A DNA stretch of 64,000 nt, taken from Raillietiella orientalis. Taxonomy: Eukaryota. Location: assembly GCA_036172245.1 (NCBI GenBank), contig JAYWIR010000034.1, positions 1,674,001 to 1,738,000 on the forward strand. The letters are read 5' to 3'. The position numbers and the translations under genes are program-made. Under the pieces are notes generated by a model. The model did no database searches, was not told the origin of the DNA, and saw only the letters and a program-made list of their open reading frames with translations. Below, piece by piece: positions 61,169 to 64,000 of the stretch. Position 1 is the first letter of the stretch. Each line of letters opens with the position of its first letter.

Positions 61169-64000
61169 CGTGGCTCACTCAGACGCTGCTGCTGTGACCA
61201 CCGTTTGCGAAATCCCCGTTCTGCGAGTCCACGCGAGCTCAGCGACCGTGCTTACCGACCCCGTGCACTTGGTCGCCGCTGCGAGCATTTCTTCCTCCGC
61301 CTGAGCTTCCCGTCGGAGTTTATGCCTCCGTGCCCCGGTGACCCCCGCCCTTTGCACTAGTCACGGGTTCCCTTCAGAAACGTTCGCTTCCACGGATCCG
61401 GTCACACTTTTCCCCACTGCGGCACATCGGGTTCCCATTTTGCGCGGGCGTCGGGCGCGAGCCGCGTTCCCGGACCTTAGGCTTCGCCACATTGTTGCGC
61501 AATCAATCATGGATTCCGATTGTTTTCGCTTCCGGTGGTCTCGCCCGTGGGGGCGGGCGGGCGCGCCCTCGACGCGCGGAGGCATCCATCTTTGGCGACC
61601 TGGAAATTCCTGCTCCGCTTTTCCCCCCGCAGACCTGTTGGCCTTCGGCGGAGATTCCGAGATGCGTGGCCCGCGGAATGCCACGATTCCATTCGGTGGG
61701 GGGAGCTTAGAGGGACGTCTGGGTGGGAGATGGAGTCGTTTTCGCAGGAGTCCTCTTGCCGATGGTCTGCACCCCCACAAGGACCAGCTGGCGAGAGCGT
61801 GAGGATCCCTCGCGCCGCTTCTCCGACCCGACCGGGAAAAGAAAAGCGCGGGAACTCTTGAAGATCCCATTTCCCCTTTCCGCTCATTCTTCTCGTCTTT
61901 ATTTCCTCCCACCCGGGAGAAGCGGGGAAAGGGAGGATCGCGCGAGCGGTCCAGAGAACTGCTCGGCGCTCCCATCGGAGCCGTAGAGATCTGCCACCGA
62001 CGCCTGGCATCCACCAGGATCTCGCCTTCTTCCTTCTTCACCTCCTTTCCTTTTCCCCTTCCTTTTTCCGCCCGGCCAGCTTCGAATCGGCGCCGCGACC
62101 CTGGATGTGGAAGGAACTGTAGGGAGGTCGACTGCAGCCGACCTTTCTCGCGAGGTTTCCGAGGTTCCGGAGCGCGGGCGAGTGAGCCAGAGTGCCAGTA
62201 CGGCCTCCGCAAGAATTCGCTCGCCCGACCCTGCGCTTTTTGCCAGAGTGCTGCCCATTCCGCGTGTGTTCCCGAGAATCCACAACCGACAAGATGGCGC
62301 CCTTTTGACTTTCGGCACCACGGCGAGCGGCGAGAGTGAGCTCACCAGGAACGTAACCTGGTACTCTTCAACCGCGCAACAGACGGAACGGATGCTTTAT
62401 CCTCCTCTCTCTCTCCGACGTAATCTTCCTCATTTGTCCTACCCTCGGGAGGTGGTCACGCAAAGAAGAGGAATCGTGACCTACTGCACGCGAAGCTCAG
62501 AAATCGTTCCCTGTCCATGCACCACCATCTTTACCGATCATTACCAGGGATTAATCCTTGATCTTTCGTGGATCCGACTTTCATTAGGATAATTGGATCC
62601 AAGGGTTATGGGCAACACAACACACTCGAAGGTGTCTCATTACACGCGACGTTAGGTGCTTAGTGCACTGTTTAAACTTTCGACGAGGAGAAATTCAAGC
62701 CGTTCGACTGGTCAGTTTCAACAGGTAGCCGTTTGTTTTCTATCACAAGCAGCTTCCCTCCTTAATTTGCTTCGCAGATGGGCCGGACAATGGGCGCAGC
62801 ACAAATAAGCTCGTGATGGCGCGGGCGGATTTTTTTGCCCGTTCTTCTGTGGAAGAAGCAAATGGGTTTCAGCTCGTGATGACGCGCGAATTTCGCGGAA
62901 ACGATTTTTCCGCACCGCCATCTTTCCTTGGTTTCATCTTTTGGGGCGTTCGTGCGTGTTTTCGTTCCCTTGGCCACCGCGCCGCTGCAGGACTGGAGCG
63001 CGTGCGAACCCGGGTCGCAGCGACGGGAAACGCGCGCCGCGGTCCAAGCGAGCGGTCGCAAGTGGTTCTCCGGATGGACTGCAGGGAGCAGTAAGAGAAG
63101 CGAACGCTCCCAGCGGACCCTGGCGGATAACGCGCGGGCAGCCAACGTGCACCGGGGCAGTCACCCGTGCACCAACTGCGTAGGAGCCAAGAACCACAGC
63201 GTTTTTTTAAAGTGGTCTCGCGCAAGCTCCGTCCCGCTGCTCTCGCATGCTCGTTTCCGGGAGCCTGCAGCAGCCGGCTCCTTCCCTGCAGGGTCTCGTT
63301 GCATCAGAGAACAACCGGAACAAACAGCAGAGGGTGCAACACGAGCGAGGAGAGAAGGTCGAGGGCGCCGCATACCCCTCACCCCCCCCTACCTCCGCTC
63401 TTTTCGTGCCGCGTCCGCTTTTGCGGCCGGCTCTTGGCCACGCGCCACTTGGCGCGCTGCTGCTGCTGCGCTTCGCGTTCCACCTTGGTTGGCTGACGAG
63501 TGCTCTTCGCGCGAGGACGCCGCTCGGTTGCTCTCAGTCGGGCTGCTGGCTGCTCGCTACAAGAGCGTGGCGGGTGTCGCCGATCTTCATGGCTCCGCGG
63601 TGCTTGGAGTCGAAGGGCACACCTTTCCTGACGACAGCAGTGGGCTTCTTACAGGAGGCAAGGTAGCAGAAGACCATGTGACTGCGAAGAAATGGAACTA
63701 CGGCTCTGTTTCCTCTTCGGGGTCTTCCGGCTCGCTCTCCTGATTGGTGTCGGGAAATTTATGGGGAGCTCTACTGCAAGCGCTTCGGGATTTTCCCGTT
63801 CTTTGGAGTTGTTATCGCTCCTCCTTCGGTTCAGCGCGCACTTTCTGTTGCGACCAGCCTCCAGCCGACAACTGCGGGTCGGCGTTTCAGGCTCCACTCT
63901 CGTTCTTGCCCGACTGGATGGTTGAGGATGAGGACTTCTTCGTCCGTGGCTTCCCTAGGGAGCCACGTGCTAGCGTGAGGCTGACCTGGCCAAATGTTCA

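Noticed and set aside
1..64000. Prokaryotic operons, CRISPR arrays, rRNA/tRNA genes, autonomous transposons
   Set aside because: Genes are intron-containing animal genes. I saw no repeat-spacer array, rRNA or tRNA structure, or RT, integrase, transposase or Rep-helicase motifs.

Overview
Eukaryotic (invertebrate, probably ecdysozoan) genomic DNA with very short GT-AG introns, many 41-56 nt. Three conserved genes can be rebuilt exon by exon, all on the minus strand: an adducin/hu-li tai shao gene (3116 to 32, 3' end outside the window), a mitochondrial short-chain 3-hydroxyacyl-CoA dehydrogenase HADH (35088 to 33613, 310 aa) and an SLC16/MCT-family transporter (61168 to 49572, about 780 aa). 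Head-to-head with HADH lies a large multi-exon plus-strand orphan gene (about 35.7-42.6 kb) whose middle is broken by stops and a frameshift. Base composition is a strong mosaic: AT-rich, CpG-depleted blocks over adducin and HADH, and a 14 kb extremely GC/CpG-rich block (12.3-26.5 kb) split by a sharp AT island. Several intergenic and intronic tracts have good splice signals and exon-sized open frames but no recognisable homology and broken frames. These may be pseudogenes, assembly errors or recoded genes, which sequence alone cannot decide. I saw no rRNA, tRNA, CRISPR or recognisable transposon ORF, and I cannot confirm a new biological system. Organism and orphan identities are inference only; no searches were run.
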